Shown one piece after another: positions 1 to 12,429 of a stretch of 64,000 nucleotides of DNA; position 1 is the stretch's first letter; each line of letters opens with the position of its first letter. A program made the translations under genes and the position numbers. The notes beneath the pieces were generated by a model, which saw only the letters and a program-made list of their open reading frames with translations, searched no databases and had not been told where the DNA came from. Source of the stretch: Hypanus sabinus (Eukaryota); contig NC_082730.1 of the NCBI RefSeq assembly GCF_030144855.1, forward strand, positions 3,782,001 to 3,846,000, read 5' to 3'.

Positions 1-115
1 AATCCCCTGTTCCAAGCAAAAACAACCCAAACTCTCTGATCTTTCCTCTCAATAATAATGTTCCAATCCCTGCAGCAGCTTCGTAAATTCCCCCTTCACC
101 CTCTCCAAGAGTGAC
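1..115 (-). mobile_element. CR1-like LINE fragment (decayed)
   Basis: Resembles the reverse complement of the CR1 RT 3' region seen in other copies in the window (e.g. 16660-16800, 46620-46750). Confidence 0.4.
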
Positions 116-339
116 CCTGTCTGTCCTGGGATGTCGTGAACATCCTCGTCTCAGTGTCGAACTGTGTTCAAACTGCGGTTGGCCACCGTTCCAGCATCCC
201 GTCCCGATCTCATACTCCCTGTGTCTCAGCTAAAGAAAGCAATTTGTCTGTTTAACCCCTTATTCACCTGTCCAGTAAAATTAATGAACAGGATACATAC
301 ACAAAGTCCCCTCTGTCCCTCCACCTTACTCGCACCCTC

Positions 340-540
340 AGTCAGGCATTGACTCAGCCTCACTACACTGGGACCATGAGTTCTGCTCTGGAGACGGGCA
401 GTCAGTGGGGTTCAATAAACAGGGAGATACACAGTATCTGCCCTCACCCATTAATTAGGGGTGTTTCAGGAACCAGTGAAAGCCGGGCCCCTCTGTGGTG
501 TCTCCCTCACTGTACACCTCCAGTCATACTGTTTAATTTA
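340..540 (-). pseudogene. Inverted fragment of a CD2/SLAM-like V exon 3' end plus downstream intron
   Basis: Minus strand reads ACA GTA TGA CTG GAG GTG TAC A|GTGAG (TV*LEVY versus STVRLEVY in genes A and B). It is followed by ~170 bp matching the intron after the V exons (1214-1320 plus 4381-4420; 42720-42843 on the minus strand). Confidence 0.8.
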
Positions 541-892
541 TCCCGTGTTCACTCACAGATTTTCACCCATTCCCAAACAATCTCCACCCACCCTATTTTC
601 TGGATTGGGTCCCATTTGACATCTTCATGTCCCAGACACCCCCTCCCCTCCCCCCCAACATGGCTGCAGGCTGTAACTTTCTCCCTCAGGGCTGGTTGCA
701 GAGAGTCTTCACTCAGTTCCCCACCCCCACGGGCTCACTGTGTGATGTCCGATCTGTGGGCCAGCTCTCTCACAGGGCTGGGAGACAGACGATGGGCCGT
801 ATGGCCTGTTGCTATATCTGTGATTCTCACAGCTCTGAATCCTTCACCAGTCACTGAGCTCATCTGCTGACTGTCTCCTCTTGTCTCCTCAG

Positions 893-1213
893 CTGGGACG
901 GGGGCTTCCCCGACCACTGTGAACGGAGCTCGGGGACGGTCGGTATCCTTATCTCCTGGGATCCCAGTCAGACCGGACATTGCTGATGTTGATTGGTATC
1001 AGGTATCAACCAGAATCATGATAGTGAAGTACTCGAAGAGGAGCGTTACCTACTTCGGTACCGAGGAGTACAAGCGACGGATAACTCTTCATCTCGGGGA
1101 CTTCAGTCTGGAAATCCGTGATCTACGGAGAGAGGACTCCGGTGATTATGAGGTGATGCTTACAAAAGATTCAGGAGCTGAAAATAAATCAACAGTGCGA
1201 CTGGAGGTGTACG
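893..1213 (+). CDS. Gene A: CD2/SLAM-family receptor, IgV domain exon (phase 1-1, 321 bp)
   Basis: Acceptor ttgtctcctcAG at 891-892 and donor GTgagt at 1214. Open frame AGTGASPTTVNGARGRSVSLSPG...DVDWYQV...FSLEIRDLRREDSGDYEVML...TVRLEVY contains the C-strand Trp and the DSGxY motif but no canonical Cys pair, as in CD2-family V domains. Confidence 0.9.
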
Positions 1214-1320
1214 GTGAGTAAAACACTGCGGAGGGGCCCGGGTTTCACCAGTTCCTGAAACACTCCTAATTAATGGGTGAGGGCAGATCCTGTGTGTTCC
1301 CCTGTTCACTGAACCCCACT

Positions 1321-4300
1321 CCACCACACTCCGGGGCGACTCGAGTAGCAGCAGAACTCTCAATGGATACGATTAAACATTCCCGTTTCAGCCTGTTACA
1401 GCGAAAAAGCACAACTGCTCCCAAGGCCAGTACAATGAACAAGGATGTCTCAATTAATTTAAACAAACTATCGCTGCTTAAAACCGACAGAGACAAACAC
1501 AGTCTGTGGTCGGAAGTGCCCTCGGGAAAAACCTCGGAGGAAGCGTGAGTGAAGATCAGGATTACAAATGTGATTAAGGAAACGGGGTTTTAAACTCCCC
1601 ATATCGACGGTCTTGCTAGTGAGTCTCTGGTGAATAAAATCGATGATCTCAGAGCCAGGGTGCTGAATCAGAGGGACAGTAGGACCGCGTGTGTCCTTTG
1701 TATCACGGAATCCTGGTTAACCCCTCCAGTACCGGATGCAGCGAGCCAAATCGACAGTCCCTCAAAAGCAGAGGTGGCGGAGTATGCCTCATGATCAATT
1801 CTTCTTGGTGCACAAATGTATCAGTGCTGTCCCAATTCTGCTCTCCATTCCTGGAATGTCTAGCAGCAAAATGCCGTCCTTTTCACCTACCACAGATGTT
1901 CTCCGGGGTCATTCTGGTAACAGTTTACATTCCACCTCAGGCCAATGTCAAGCAGGCTTTAGATGATCTGAGCAATGGGATCAACATACACGATACAGCG
2001 CACCCTAACGCCTTCACCATCGTTTTGGGAGATTTTAACACGGCCAGTCTGAAAATAAATCACTACGCAATTACCATCAACAGCGAACTTGTATCACCAA
2101 AGGAAACAACGCACTGGACCATTGTTACACCACCATCCAGAACGCCTCCCGTGTCATTCCACATCCTCCCTCGGCAAGTCTGATCACCTGGCTGTACTTC
2201 TACTCCCTGAGCACAGGCAGAGACTGAAGACTGAAGCACCAGCAGTGAGGACCAAGAAAGTTTGGACAAGGGAAGCACAGGAGCACCTACAGGACTGCTG
2301 TGAATGGGTAACTGGACTGTATTCAGGGATTCATCTCTGAATCTGGATATGTATGCTGCAGTTGTTACCGACTGCATTAAAACCTCTGCAAGTGAGTGTG
2401 TGCCTACAAAGACGTACATTCCCAAAAAGCTGTGGATGAACCAGGAGGTACGTCATCTGCTGAAGGCTAGATCTGTGCATTTAAGTCTGGCAACCCAGGC
2501 CTGCACCAGAAAACCAGGTATGATTTACAGAGGGTTAATACAAGGGAGAAGAGACAATTTCCAATGAGGTTGGAGGTGATATCAGACGCACGGCAACTCT
2601 GTCAGAGACTGCAAGACATTACTTCCTACAAAGAGAAACCCATATGCTTCATGACCAGATGAAATCAACGTCTTCTATGCCCACTTCGAAAGGGAGAACA
2701 AAACTACAGCTGTGAAGATCCCTGCTGCACGTGATGACACTGTAATCTCTGTTTCAGAGACCAATGTTAGGCTGTCTTTAAAGAGAGTGAACCCTCGCAA
2801 GGCAGAAGGTCCCGATGGAGTACCTGGTAAGGCTCTGAAAACCTGTGCCAACCAACTAGTGGGAGTAGTCAAGGACATTTTCAACTTCTCACTGCTACGA
2901 GCAGAAGTTCCCAATTGCTTCAAAAAGGCAACAATTATACCAGTGTCAAAGAAGAATAATGTGGGCTGCCTTAATGACTATCCCCAGGTAGCACTCACAT
3001 CGTCAGTGATGAAATGCTTTGAGAGATTGGTTATGAATAGACTGAATTCTTGCCTCAACAAGGACCTGGACCCATTGCAATTTGCCGATTGTCTCAACAG
3101 GACAACGGCAGATGTAATCTCCATGGCTCTTCACATGGCTTCAGACCACCTGGACAACACAAACACCTACATCAGGATGATGTTCACCATTTAATACAAT
3201 CATTTCCACAATCCACATTGAGAAGTTACAGAACCTGGGCCTCTGTACCTCCCTCTGCAATTGGATCCTCAACTTCCTAACTGGAAAACCAGTCTGTGCG
3301 ATTGGTGATAACATATCCTCCTCGCTGACAATCAACACTGATGCACCTCAGGGGTGTGTGCTTAACCCACTGCTCTACACTGTGTATACACGTGACTGTG
3401 GGGCTAGTCATAGCTCAAATGCCATCTACAAACTTGCTGATGATACAACCATTGTTGGTAGAATCTCAGGTGGTGATGAGGGAGCGTACAGGAGTGAGAT
3501 ATGCCAATTAGTGGAATGGTGCCGCAGCACAAATCTGGCATTCAACGTCAGTAAGACGAAAGAGCTGATTGTGGACTTCAGAAAGGATAAGACGAAGGAA
3601 CACATACCAATCCTCATAGAGGGATCAGAAGTGGAGAGAGTGAGCAGTTTCAAGTTCCTGGGTGTCAAGATTTCTGAGGATCTAACCTGGTCCCAACATA
3701 TTGATACACTCATAAAGAAGGGAAGACAGCGGCTATACTTTATTAGGAACTTGAAGAATTTTGGCACGTCAACAAATACACTCAAAGACTTATGTAGTTG
3801 TATCATAGAAAGCATTCTGACTGGTGGCATCACTGCCTGGTCTGGAGGGACTACTGCACAGGACCAAAAGAAGTTGTGGAAAGTTGTAAATCTAGTCAGC
3901 TCCATCTTGGGCACTAGCCTACAAAGTACCCAGGACATATTTAGGGAGCGGTGTCTCAGAAAGGCAGTGTCCATTCTTAAGCACCCCCAGCACCCAGGGC
4001 ATGCCCTTTTCTCACTGTTACTCTCAGGTAGGAAGTACAGAAGCCTGAAGGCTCACACTCAGTGATTCAGGAACAGCTTCTTCCCCTCTGCCATCTGATT
4101 CCTAAATGGACGTTGAAGCTTTGGACACTACCTCACTTTTTTAATATACAATATTTCTGATTTTGCAGATTTTTAATCTATTCAGTATACGTAATTGATT
4201 TACTTGTTTATTTATTGTTTACATAGAATAGAATTTATTTATTATGTTTTAGTTTCTTTATTATTGTTATTATTATTTTTCTCTCTCTGCTTTATCATGT

Positions 4301-4378
4301 GTTGCATTGAACTGCTGTCACTAAGTTACCAAATTCCTCATCACATGCTGGTGATACTAAACCTGATTCTGACTCTAA
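1321..4378 (+). mobile_element. Rex1/Babar-type non-LTR retrotransposon, long copy, frameshifted, in the gene A V-C2 intron
   Basis: APE motifs (VYIPP, GDFN), RT motifs (KAEGPDGVPG, LNDY.QVALTS.VMKCFERL, LADD), C-terminal [19 protein letters not shown] and a ctgattctgactct tail. Intron homology with gene B breaks at ~1320 and resumes at 4381. Confidence 0.85.
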
Positions 4379-4609
4379 CTGTCCATATCCAGAGCTGGGC
4401 TCAGGGTCCCAGTGTAGTGAGACTGAGTCGGTGAGAGTCTGGGACACACACTCACCACCTCCCCAGAGACTGGACCAGAGGCTCTGAAGGATTCACTGAC
4501 AAAGACCAAGAGGCTCTGAGTCAGGAGGAGCTGAGCGCACAGGGAGTAGGGAATGAGAGGGAGAGGTTGATGGGGTAGGAGGGGTTTCTGGTGTTGTTGG
4601 GCTCAGTGG

Positions 4610-5210
4610 TATAGACCATATGATAAAGAATCAGAATTAGGTCTTTCAACCCATTGATTCTGCCTCATCATTCAATCACAGCTGATTTATTACTTCTCTT
4701 TCCCCCATTCTCCTGCCTTATCTGTAACCTTTCATGCCCTGACTGATATAGAACCCATGAACTTTTACTTCAAATATACCAAATGATGTCCTCCACAGCA
4801 TTCTGTTACAATGAATTCCACACATTCACAACACTCTGCTACAGAAATTCCCTCTCACCTCTGCTCTAAATGGATGTGCTTCTATTCAAAGTCTGTGTCC
4901 CCGATCCTAGACTCTCTGACTACAAGAAACAACTTCTCCACATCCACTCTAACAAGGTTTTTCAACAGTGGAAAGCATTCAATGAGATTCCTCCGACTCA
5001 TACTGCTAAATTCCATTCAGTACAGACCCAGAGCCATTCAATGCTCCTCATTTGTTAACCCTTTCATTCCTAAATCAAATCCTGAGAACCTCCTCTGGAC
5101 CGTCTCCAGTGCCAGCATATCATTTCTTCGAATAAGGGTCCCAGAACTGCTCCCAATACTCCAAGTGCAGTCTGACCAATGTCTAATGAAGCCTCAGGAT
5201 TTCATCCTTA
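4610..5210 (-). mobile_element. CR1 LINE 3' fragment
   Basis: Reverse complement of the CR1 RT C-terminus and 3' UTR; similar to 57150-57700. Confidence 0.65.
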
Positions 5211-6099
5211 TCAGTGTTCTGTATCTGTGGGTCACAGTTCAACAGATCCCACTGTAACTTGGTCAAAGGCCTGGTCTGCCATGTACATGGACTCCAGATA
5301 TTCCATAGGAGTCTCAAAGCGCTGGTTGATAATTGCCCAGACTGAGGTCTGATCTCAGCAAGGTGCTTATTCCTCAGGATCATGGACTTGATATATTCCA
5401 TCTCTTTCTCTGGGCATTGCTTGTTCTTTGCCCAGACTGAGGTCTGAGCTCGGCAAGAAGTTTATTCCTCAATGTTCATGGTGTGCTGTGCTGAGTGAGA
5501 CCCTATGTATTCATTACACTGAATATAGTGTCCCAGTGATTGACACAGTACACAGACACAACCACACACTTGGAAATCAAAGGCTGAGGGAGATGGAGGA
5601 TTATGTTGGAGACATGAAGCCTGTGACCCAGGGTGTGCTGTAGGGAACAGTGCTTTGACTCTTACAGTATTGATCTGCATACAAGGTGTGAGAGGTAACT
5701 GTACACAGGCATGAAACTTGGTGGAGTTTTAGATCCGAGTGTACAGGAAAACATTGAACAGCTGGTAAGCCAGGCAGAGCAATGGTAGATGGAATTTAAT
5801 CCTGATAAGTGTGATGTGTGGCAGACTGGAAATGGGCACGATGCTCCCAGGATGATCTGATCCAGAGTGGAGTTTTCAACAAACTCAGAGGAAACTGGGA
5901 ATAGATAGAACAGAATGGGACTTTATTGTCATTGCTCTGGACAACGAGACTGTGGTGTCACTCCTGTCCATGCAAAATTGATATTTACATACAATGCATG
6001 TGGTACAGTTTAATTTTTAAGAAGATAAATTAATTTATTTTAATTCCCATATTTACATGTAACAAGTAACTTTGATAGTCCATAACACTCAAAGGTCAT

Positions 6100-6566
6100 T
6101 GTTTCAGGACACTGGAGCAGGGATCCAATCACAGAGCCAGTACTGTGTACACAGTGATATCAATTGAGTAACAGATTCGGAGGTGCAAACAAAGTCGGTG
6201 TCAAAGTTCAGAGATCAAAACATCCAGAGAAATCCAAAAACCAGAATCAGAAAACAGGTAGATTCGATATTTAGATAGACAGAGTACAGATATGAATGCT
6301 GGAAAGGCTCAGGAAAATTTACTGGCAAAAATTGACAACTAACAGGTGAAAACACACTGAGTATAAACAGAGAGGCAGATTATAGGTGGAGCACAATGAG
6401 ACACGGGTGGCAGTAATAATGAGAAACAGGTGAGAGACGGAGTACTCTGATACAGGTGGCAGGGTAGAGCAGGAGTGGAGACAGGAGCACATGGCAATAC
6501 AAAACCACAGACTGACAGCTAGGGGGAAACATACAAAAAGACAGAGTTCAACTGGAGGTACTGACA
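6100..6566 (-). mobile_element. Probable solo LTR
   Basis: On the minus strand it begins TGTCAG (6566) and ends ...GAAACA (6100). Short cat/catt direct repeats flank it, and no coding sequence is evident. Confidence 0.45.
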
Positions 6567-6569
6567 CAT

Positions 6570-7900
6570 TGACAAACCGGGATGTAGTATTACTCAGCTG
6601 TACAATAGCCCTCGTGAAGAAGTTGTTTTTCACTTTTACTGTCTTGGCTGAGAAGTTTCTGTATCTCCAGCTCGATGGCAGGAGATTGAATGGTGTCTGG
6701 GATGGGACGGGTCTCTAACGATGTTGTGAGTGCAACACAGGTATTGAGAGTTGTAGATTGTCTCCAGATCCAGTCGTTGAGTCCCAGCGATGTGGAGCCT
6801 TTCCAATCACCTGTGCTCTGTGAGCTGTCTTGCTGCAGCAGCATCTACAGGGTTAACAATGTGCCACTGTCCTATTTAAATAAATTTCTAATGATCACAT
6901 GATCCCGCTTTCCATTAAAAACTTAAAAGTACTGCAGGTCTACACCATCAGCGAGTTGCTCACTGGCAGAGAAATGCTGCTACCTGAGCTGATGGAGGCC
7001 TACAGTCTAATAGTGAATAGCCGTCTTGTTATTGCAAAACCCTTTTGAACGTTGTTAATATGGTGGGCCACAAGTTCGATTCACTGATTTATCGGAGGGG
7101 AGCAGGGTGTATGTTGGCAGAACCACATGACCTGGCTCGTAGCAAGATCCAGGCCTCAAGCCATGGTGTCAGCTGTTTGCAGCTGCCAGGAGAGAGGTGT
7201 TGAAGCCGGTGTGGTCCATAGGGGGCGGTGTGGTGCAAAGTCCGGGACAGAGTCGGTGCTGCCCTTCCTGAGCTTCACTTGGCAGAAGACAAGCTCTGTT
7301 GTTGTTGACTGCAGATCCTGGTGGCACTCAATGGACTCAGGGTCTCAAGCCGTGGGGTTGACTGATTTACTGTGTAAATGCTTGCATTGTGTTTTCCACC
7401 TTGACCCTGGAGAAACACTGTTTCTTTTGGCTGGATTGATGTAAGCTCAAATGACAATTAAGCTTGAAATGAATTGAATCTTTGGGGCAGATTAGCTCTC
7501 TTTGAGCACCTTGGGTAGTGCAGTCACTGTTGTGTCTTCTCTACTATCGTTGTTGTGTTGATGGACCAAGAGAGCTCCTCGGTGATGTTCATCCACAAAA
7601 GCTTGAAAATGGAGACCATTTCCACTACTTCGCCACTTGTGAATAGTGGGGCTTGTTTGGTTCCTCTTGCCTTCATGAAGTACAAAACTGAAAGAAAGGA
7701 GGGTTTATTTGCAAGGAGACACATTTCTGAGTGGACAGTGGAAGATACTGGGTGTGAGGATGATAGACTGAAGGGGTCTGTGACAGAGAGTGACTTAATC
7801 AGTCCAATTGAGAACTTCCTCCTTACCCCATTCACTCACCCAGTTTGACTGGTGCAGACATGTCTGTCAACTTCTTGAACATTTATGAGGCTCCAACTGA
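6570..7900 (-). mobile_element. Old Rex1/Babar LINE fragments, interrupted at ~7050-7470 by another LINE 3' UTR
   Basis: Minus frames give GEVVEMVSIFKLLWMNITEELSWSINT and IVRDPSHP...KNNFFTRAIVQLSN, which are typical Rex/Babar C-terminal motifs. Confidence 0.6.
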
Positions 7901-8089
7901 CCTGGGTGAAGAAGACTCTCCCAAGTGGAGGGTCAGTGTATAGAGATCACTGACAAGTCCCTTGTCTCCCTGTCTTCACTCAGATTTTCTCATCTCTCTG
8001 TGATTGGTCCTACAGTATATTTGCCATGTTGTCTGTGATCCTGCATTAATTGGTGGTGTCGGTGTTAAAAACAACATCATATTGATACT

Positions 8090-8460
8090 CATACATGAGA
8101 TTCAGCAGATGCTGGAAGTCCAGAGCAACACACACAGAATGCTGAAGGAACTCTGCAGCTCAGGCAGCGTCTACGGAGAGGAAGACCCTTCTTCAGAATT
8201 GGAATTGAAGGGAGAATACCGCAGATAAAAAGATGGGGGTGTGTGGTCAGGGATGGTGGACTCGCTAGAGGAGATCAGTGAAGCGAGGTGTGCGGGAAAG
8301 GTAAGGAGCTGGAGAAGAATGATTCTGATAGGAGAGGAAACCAGACCATGGGAGAAAGGGAAGAAGGAGGAACACCAGGGGGAGGTGACAGGTGGGTAAG
8401 GAAAAGACATAATAGGCTAGAGTGGGGAATGGAAGACACAGTAAGCCAAATGACTTACTG
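8090..8460. mobile_element. Penelope-like terminal repeat fragment
   Basis: cagatgctggaagtccagagcaacacacacagaatgctgaaggaactc...ggcagc matches the terminal-repeat-like sequence at 13310-13430 and 59270-59390. Confidence 0.55.
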
Positions 8461-9728
8461 TGTCAGATCCAGCCCCAGTTCTATAGTTCCGGTTATTCCT
8501 GTGGCCATGTCACCTTTCAGGATGTTGGCTTGAGAAAATGGACAGAAAAGCCCTGGATAACTGAATATGACAATTGAGGTCTGAGTGAAAGCAGTAGCTG
8601 GAGGTGTTGGTCCTTCAGCCTCTATGATATCTGGGCAGCTGTGTTCCTCCTGAAGGCTGAGAGGGTCGTGTCCCTGACCCGGATCTGATGGATTACGGGT
8701 GGTGGGGGTGGGGGATCCTGTTGCTGGCCGTCCCACTGGAGGCTTTTGCAGAGAGGGTCACCATTCCTAACGTCCGACCCTTGTTGCTGGTGAGGTCCTC
8801 CTCTCCCAGCTGTCTCCTCTGGGGGAGTGGTGTGTTTGGTGATTCCCCCCAAATCCCCTCAGACTTGAGGAGAACTTCCTCCACCGTGCTTTTCCTTCCC
8901 AGCACCAGCTGTTTGTGCACCTAGAATGGGAGGAAGTCACTGGGGAGCATGCTCACTCCAAATCAAATCAAATCAAATCAGATCAGGATTAGTTACCATT
9001 CAAACCATACATAGAAACAGCTGAAGAGAGAGTTCCTCTGGGGCCATGGGACAAAACATTCAAATTACAAAGCAAACTGCTAAGTAGCAATGAACACTCA
9101 AAATAGCAAGGAACATAACTTAAATTAGCTTGCAAAGAAGCATACTGACTGGAATCATAAAACATACATAGTCAAAGCCCCTGAGTGACAATGTCCGGAA
9201 ATCGATGGTACCGTCTCCCGGCAGTGTGCAGACTCATGCCATCCAGCCTGTCATTCCACCACATGGACATGGACGGGGAGTAACAATGGGAGAGATCAGG
9301 CCCGGCCAGCCACAGACACCATGCTGGACTGATTCCTTATCTCTCACCTGGTCTGCAACAACAGGCAAGCTCGAGGCTTGAGGCCTCGTCCTCGCTACAA
9401 CTTTCCCTTTACACTGGGGTCCTGGGGTGGAGAGTATTGCACAGAGCAGTACCATGCAACAGATTCCTAAGACAGTTTACGGGCACCCGCGCTGTTTTCC
9501 CTTTCTATGGCTGGGATGAATCTGTGTATCAGTCTGTGGGTCTCCTCCAGTTTTGGCTCCATTTCAGCCTCACACTCCTGAACTTCAGGCACCCAAAGTG
9601 CGAGTGGTGGTGGGTTGTTCAGGGGATCTCCTGGTCCGTTTGCTGGTGTCCTTCCCAAGTTGCCTTTTCAAGGTTCCAGGGAGTGGGCAGTCGAGGGCTC
9701 TGCAGAATCCAACTGTCACACTTCGAAC

Positions 9729-9790
9729 TGGCCACCAGAGGGAGGCAGAGATGAGAAGGCCAAACCACTTCCTGCCCATCTTCCTGTTCA
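9729..9790 (+). promoter_or_regulatory. Candidate intronic CTCF-like site plus two ETS cores
   Basis: TGGCCACCAGAGGGAGGCA (9729-9747) is close to the CTCF consensus. CACTTCCTG (9766-9774) and CTTCCTGTT (9780-9788) are ETS cores. This is a motif match only. Confidence 0.35.
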
Positions 9791-10560
9791 GCTCATTCTT
9801 AGTTCATTGTTAATCACCTGTGCCTTATATTTGTTTTCTTATTTTAATGTCTGGTCTTTTGTTTCATTGTTCAGTCTGAGAATCCTTTTGATTGGTTTGC
9901 CGTCCATTGCCATATTAATCTGTCTCTGCTTTCAGTGAGGATGAATCTTTCGCCCCAGATCCCAGCACTGTCTCTGTGACTGACTCCCCATTCTGACTCT
10001 TGTTTCCCCACTCAGAATGTGCCACATCACCAGATTGGAATTAACTTCCTGGTTCCACCCCGATCTGTGTGTTAATGAGTTGCTCTGTGGTGGAGAGGAT
10101 GTGTACCCAGGATGTGAATGGTGCCAGTTTCACTCTGGACCAGCAGAAAGTCCCAGTTGGGGTCTGGGCCGATCACAGTCCCAGGGCTGCTGTACTTGGA
10201 CCAGATTCAGGCTGGTCTGGATGGGACACACTCAGGTGTTGAAGGGAGATTGGGACCAGTTACCATAGTGACAATAGTTATGAACTGGAGAGAACTGCTG
10301 GGATACAGAACCATAAATAGGATTCTGGGGATTTCTTATGGAAAAGTGCGGGTTGTGGTTGGGAAAGAGGGAGCAGAAACGTGGGAACTTCCTCCAGCAG
10401 GAACTGACTGAACTGAATGCTGAAGGAAGGGTTAAACAAGTGGGTGGAAATTATTTGTGATTGGCTTAAATCATATTTGGGACTGTCAGAGACAGTGGGG
10501 TGATCGAGTGTTCATAAAGATCTCCTTTACTCATCTTTCGTCTCTTCATCCAAACCTCAG

Positions 10561-10848
10561 AACTAGTGTCAGGAACAAACATCACAGTTCTGAAATTCAC
10601 TGGGACCTGTGAGCTCACCCTGACCTGCTCTGTGACCTCTGGTGACAACACCAGCTTCAGATGGCTGAGGGGAGGAGAAGCTGTGGTGAACGACACAACC
10701 CATCATCTCTGGGGACACGGAGAGACACTGAAGATTCATCACACCACAGAGAGCGGAGCTGTAGTGTACAAATGTGAGGCCAGGAATCTCGTCAGTGTGA
10801 ACACAGCTCAGATCCGGTTGGAGGATGTGTGTAAACTGGACAAGTCTG
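10561..10848 (+). CDS. Gene A: IgC2 domain exon (phase 1-1, 288 bp)
   Basis: Acceptor caaacctcAG at 10559-10560 and donor GTgagt at 10849. Frame ELVSGTNITV...GTCELTLTCSVTSG...FRW...YKCEARNLVS...EDVCKLDKS has the four-Cys pattern and the YxCxAxNxVS motif of CD2/SLAM C2 domains. It joins the V exon in frame. Confidence 0.9.
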
Positions 10849-10869
10849 GTGAGTGTCGGAGCAAGAATT

Positions 10870-11430
10870 GGAATTATAATGTTCAAAGTAAATTCATTAT
10901 GGAAGTACAAATATGTCACAATATACAACCCTGAGATTCATTGTCTTGCAGCATTCTAAATAAATACATAATAGAATAATAACCGTAATAGAGTCAGTGA
11001 GAGAATGCACCAACTGGGTGTTCAACTAGTGTGTAAAAGAGAACAAACTGTGCAAATACAAAGTGAAAGCAACAGAAATAATAGCAATAAATGAGTAATA
11101 AATATCGAGAACATGAGATGAGTCCTTGTCTGTGAGTTCATAGGTTGTGGGAACTGTTCAGTGATGGGGCAAGTGAAGTTTAGTGAAGTTATCCCCTTTG
11201 TTTCAGGAGCCTTGGTGGCTGAGGCATAGTGACTGTTCCTGAACCTGGTGTTGTGAGTCCTCAGGCTCCTGTACCTTCTTCCTGATGGCAGCAGCAAGAA
11301 GTTTGTGTGACAGTGGATGTGGTGATCCCTGATAATGGGTGCTGCTTTCCAGCAACAGTGCCCTGTGTAGATGTGCTCAATGGTAGGGAAGACTTTACCC
11401 ATGATGGACTGAACCATATGCACTAAGATT
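10870..11430 (-). mobile_element. Rex1/Babar LINE 3' fragment in the C2-TM intron
   Basis: Minus ORF contains EHIYTGHC...IIRDHH...LLPSGRRYRSLRTHNTRFRNS. Confidence 0.75.
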
Positions 11431-11681
11431 ATGAGTAGGAGAAGGTGGTGTTTCCCTGACCAGAATTGTCTGTAATGAGACACTAGCATAATTCATTATC
11501 GAACTTGTAGCTCGGCAGGGTATGATTGGACTTAGAGAGTTTGATTTGTATTGAATCCCTGCCCAGGATGTGTATGATGGGATAGTGATGTCCATGGGTA
11601 TGTGATGTTGGTCAATGTTGGGAGTGTGGGGCTGGAGATGGCCTGGTACCGTCTCTAATTTGTGATCCTCTCTTCCTCCAG

Positions 11682-11780
11682 CCGAGAGAAGCTGTCTCTG
11701 TGGATGTTGGCTGAGGGCCACAGTCATTGCCGTCCTGCTCCTGATTCTCCTCTTAGTTACAGTCGCCGTACACGTCATCA
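11682..11780 (+). CDS. Gene A: stalk/transmembrane exon (phase 1-1, 99 bp)
   Basis: Acceptor tcttcctccAG at 11680-11681 and donor GTgaga at 11781. Frame is AERSCLCGCWLRATVIAVLLLILLLVTVAVHVI. Confidence 0.85.
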
Positions 11781-12379
11781 GTGAGAACTGTTTTTGTGTT
11801 TCCAGTGAGAATCTGTTGTTCTGAAGGGTGGTATCAACAGTGAGGGGTGGATTCAGACCGGTGTTTAAAACCCCCGTTTCGGTCTCTCAATCCCACCCAC
11901 CTTGTGACTCTGATTCCCATCCACCTCAGCTGTCCCAGGTCTCTCAATCTCTCCCCCCCCCCCTCACTTCACTGCTTCACTGAATCCCTCTTGTCCCAGA
12001 CTCTGCACTCTTCATCTTTCACTCCTCGTTTAATCTGACCGAGTATAACAGGGTCCAAGGGTGTGGGATAAAGACAGGGAGGGTGGAATGTGGAGACTGG
12101 GAACATGTGGATATGCAGTTCTAAAGAGGAAGATATGAAATTAGGGAAGGGGGAGGTGTGAAGTCCAGGACGATGTGAGATACAAACCACAAGGGGGGAT
12201 GTGGACACTTGAGACTTTTCATCGAGACTGGGAAAGGGAGAGAGGATTTTCTTCCGGATAAGCCAAGAGAGACCACGTGACAATGCCCTCTGCAGTGAGG
12301 GGTCCTAGTGTGATGAGAAAGTAATTGAAACCTCTGACCCCTCACAGGGTGCACTGACCTCTCTCCTCTGACCCCACAG

Positions 12380-12429
12380 GCTCCCGCCCAGGCACCGGAG
12401 CAGAAGCCAGACTTCACAAGGCTGCATGA
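12380..12429 (+). CDS. Gene A: probable terminal cytoplasmic exon, short tail SSRPGTGAEARLHKAA*
   Basis: Acceptor ctctcctctgaccccacAG at 12378-12379. Phase-1 continuation from the TM exon reaches TGA at 12427-12429. No transcript evidence is available. Confidence 0.45.

Noticed and set aside
627-870. Gene A leader exon within the window (ATG GCT GCA GGC T|gtaact, or the WAVWPVAISVILTA stretch)
   Set aside because: The first is too short and not hydrophobic. The second lacks an in-frame ATG and donor and is homologous to intronic sequence upstream of gene B's V exon.
893-1213. Rearranging antigen-receptor V segment (Ig/TCR/IgNAR)
   Set aside because: There is no canonical Cys pair and no heptamer/nonamer RSS; the exon ends at a splice donor and joins a C2 exon.
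8540-9700. Several 60-105-aa ORFs in the gene A intron
   Set aside because: No recognisable domain or consistent splice frame; adjacent LINE tails suggest decayed repeat sequence.
10561-10848. CEACAM assignment or a specific gene symbol (CD2, CD48, SLAMFx)
   Set aside because: The four-Cys C2 pattern favours CD2/SLAM over CEACAM. One-to-one orthology cannot be judged without a phylogeny, so no symbol is given.
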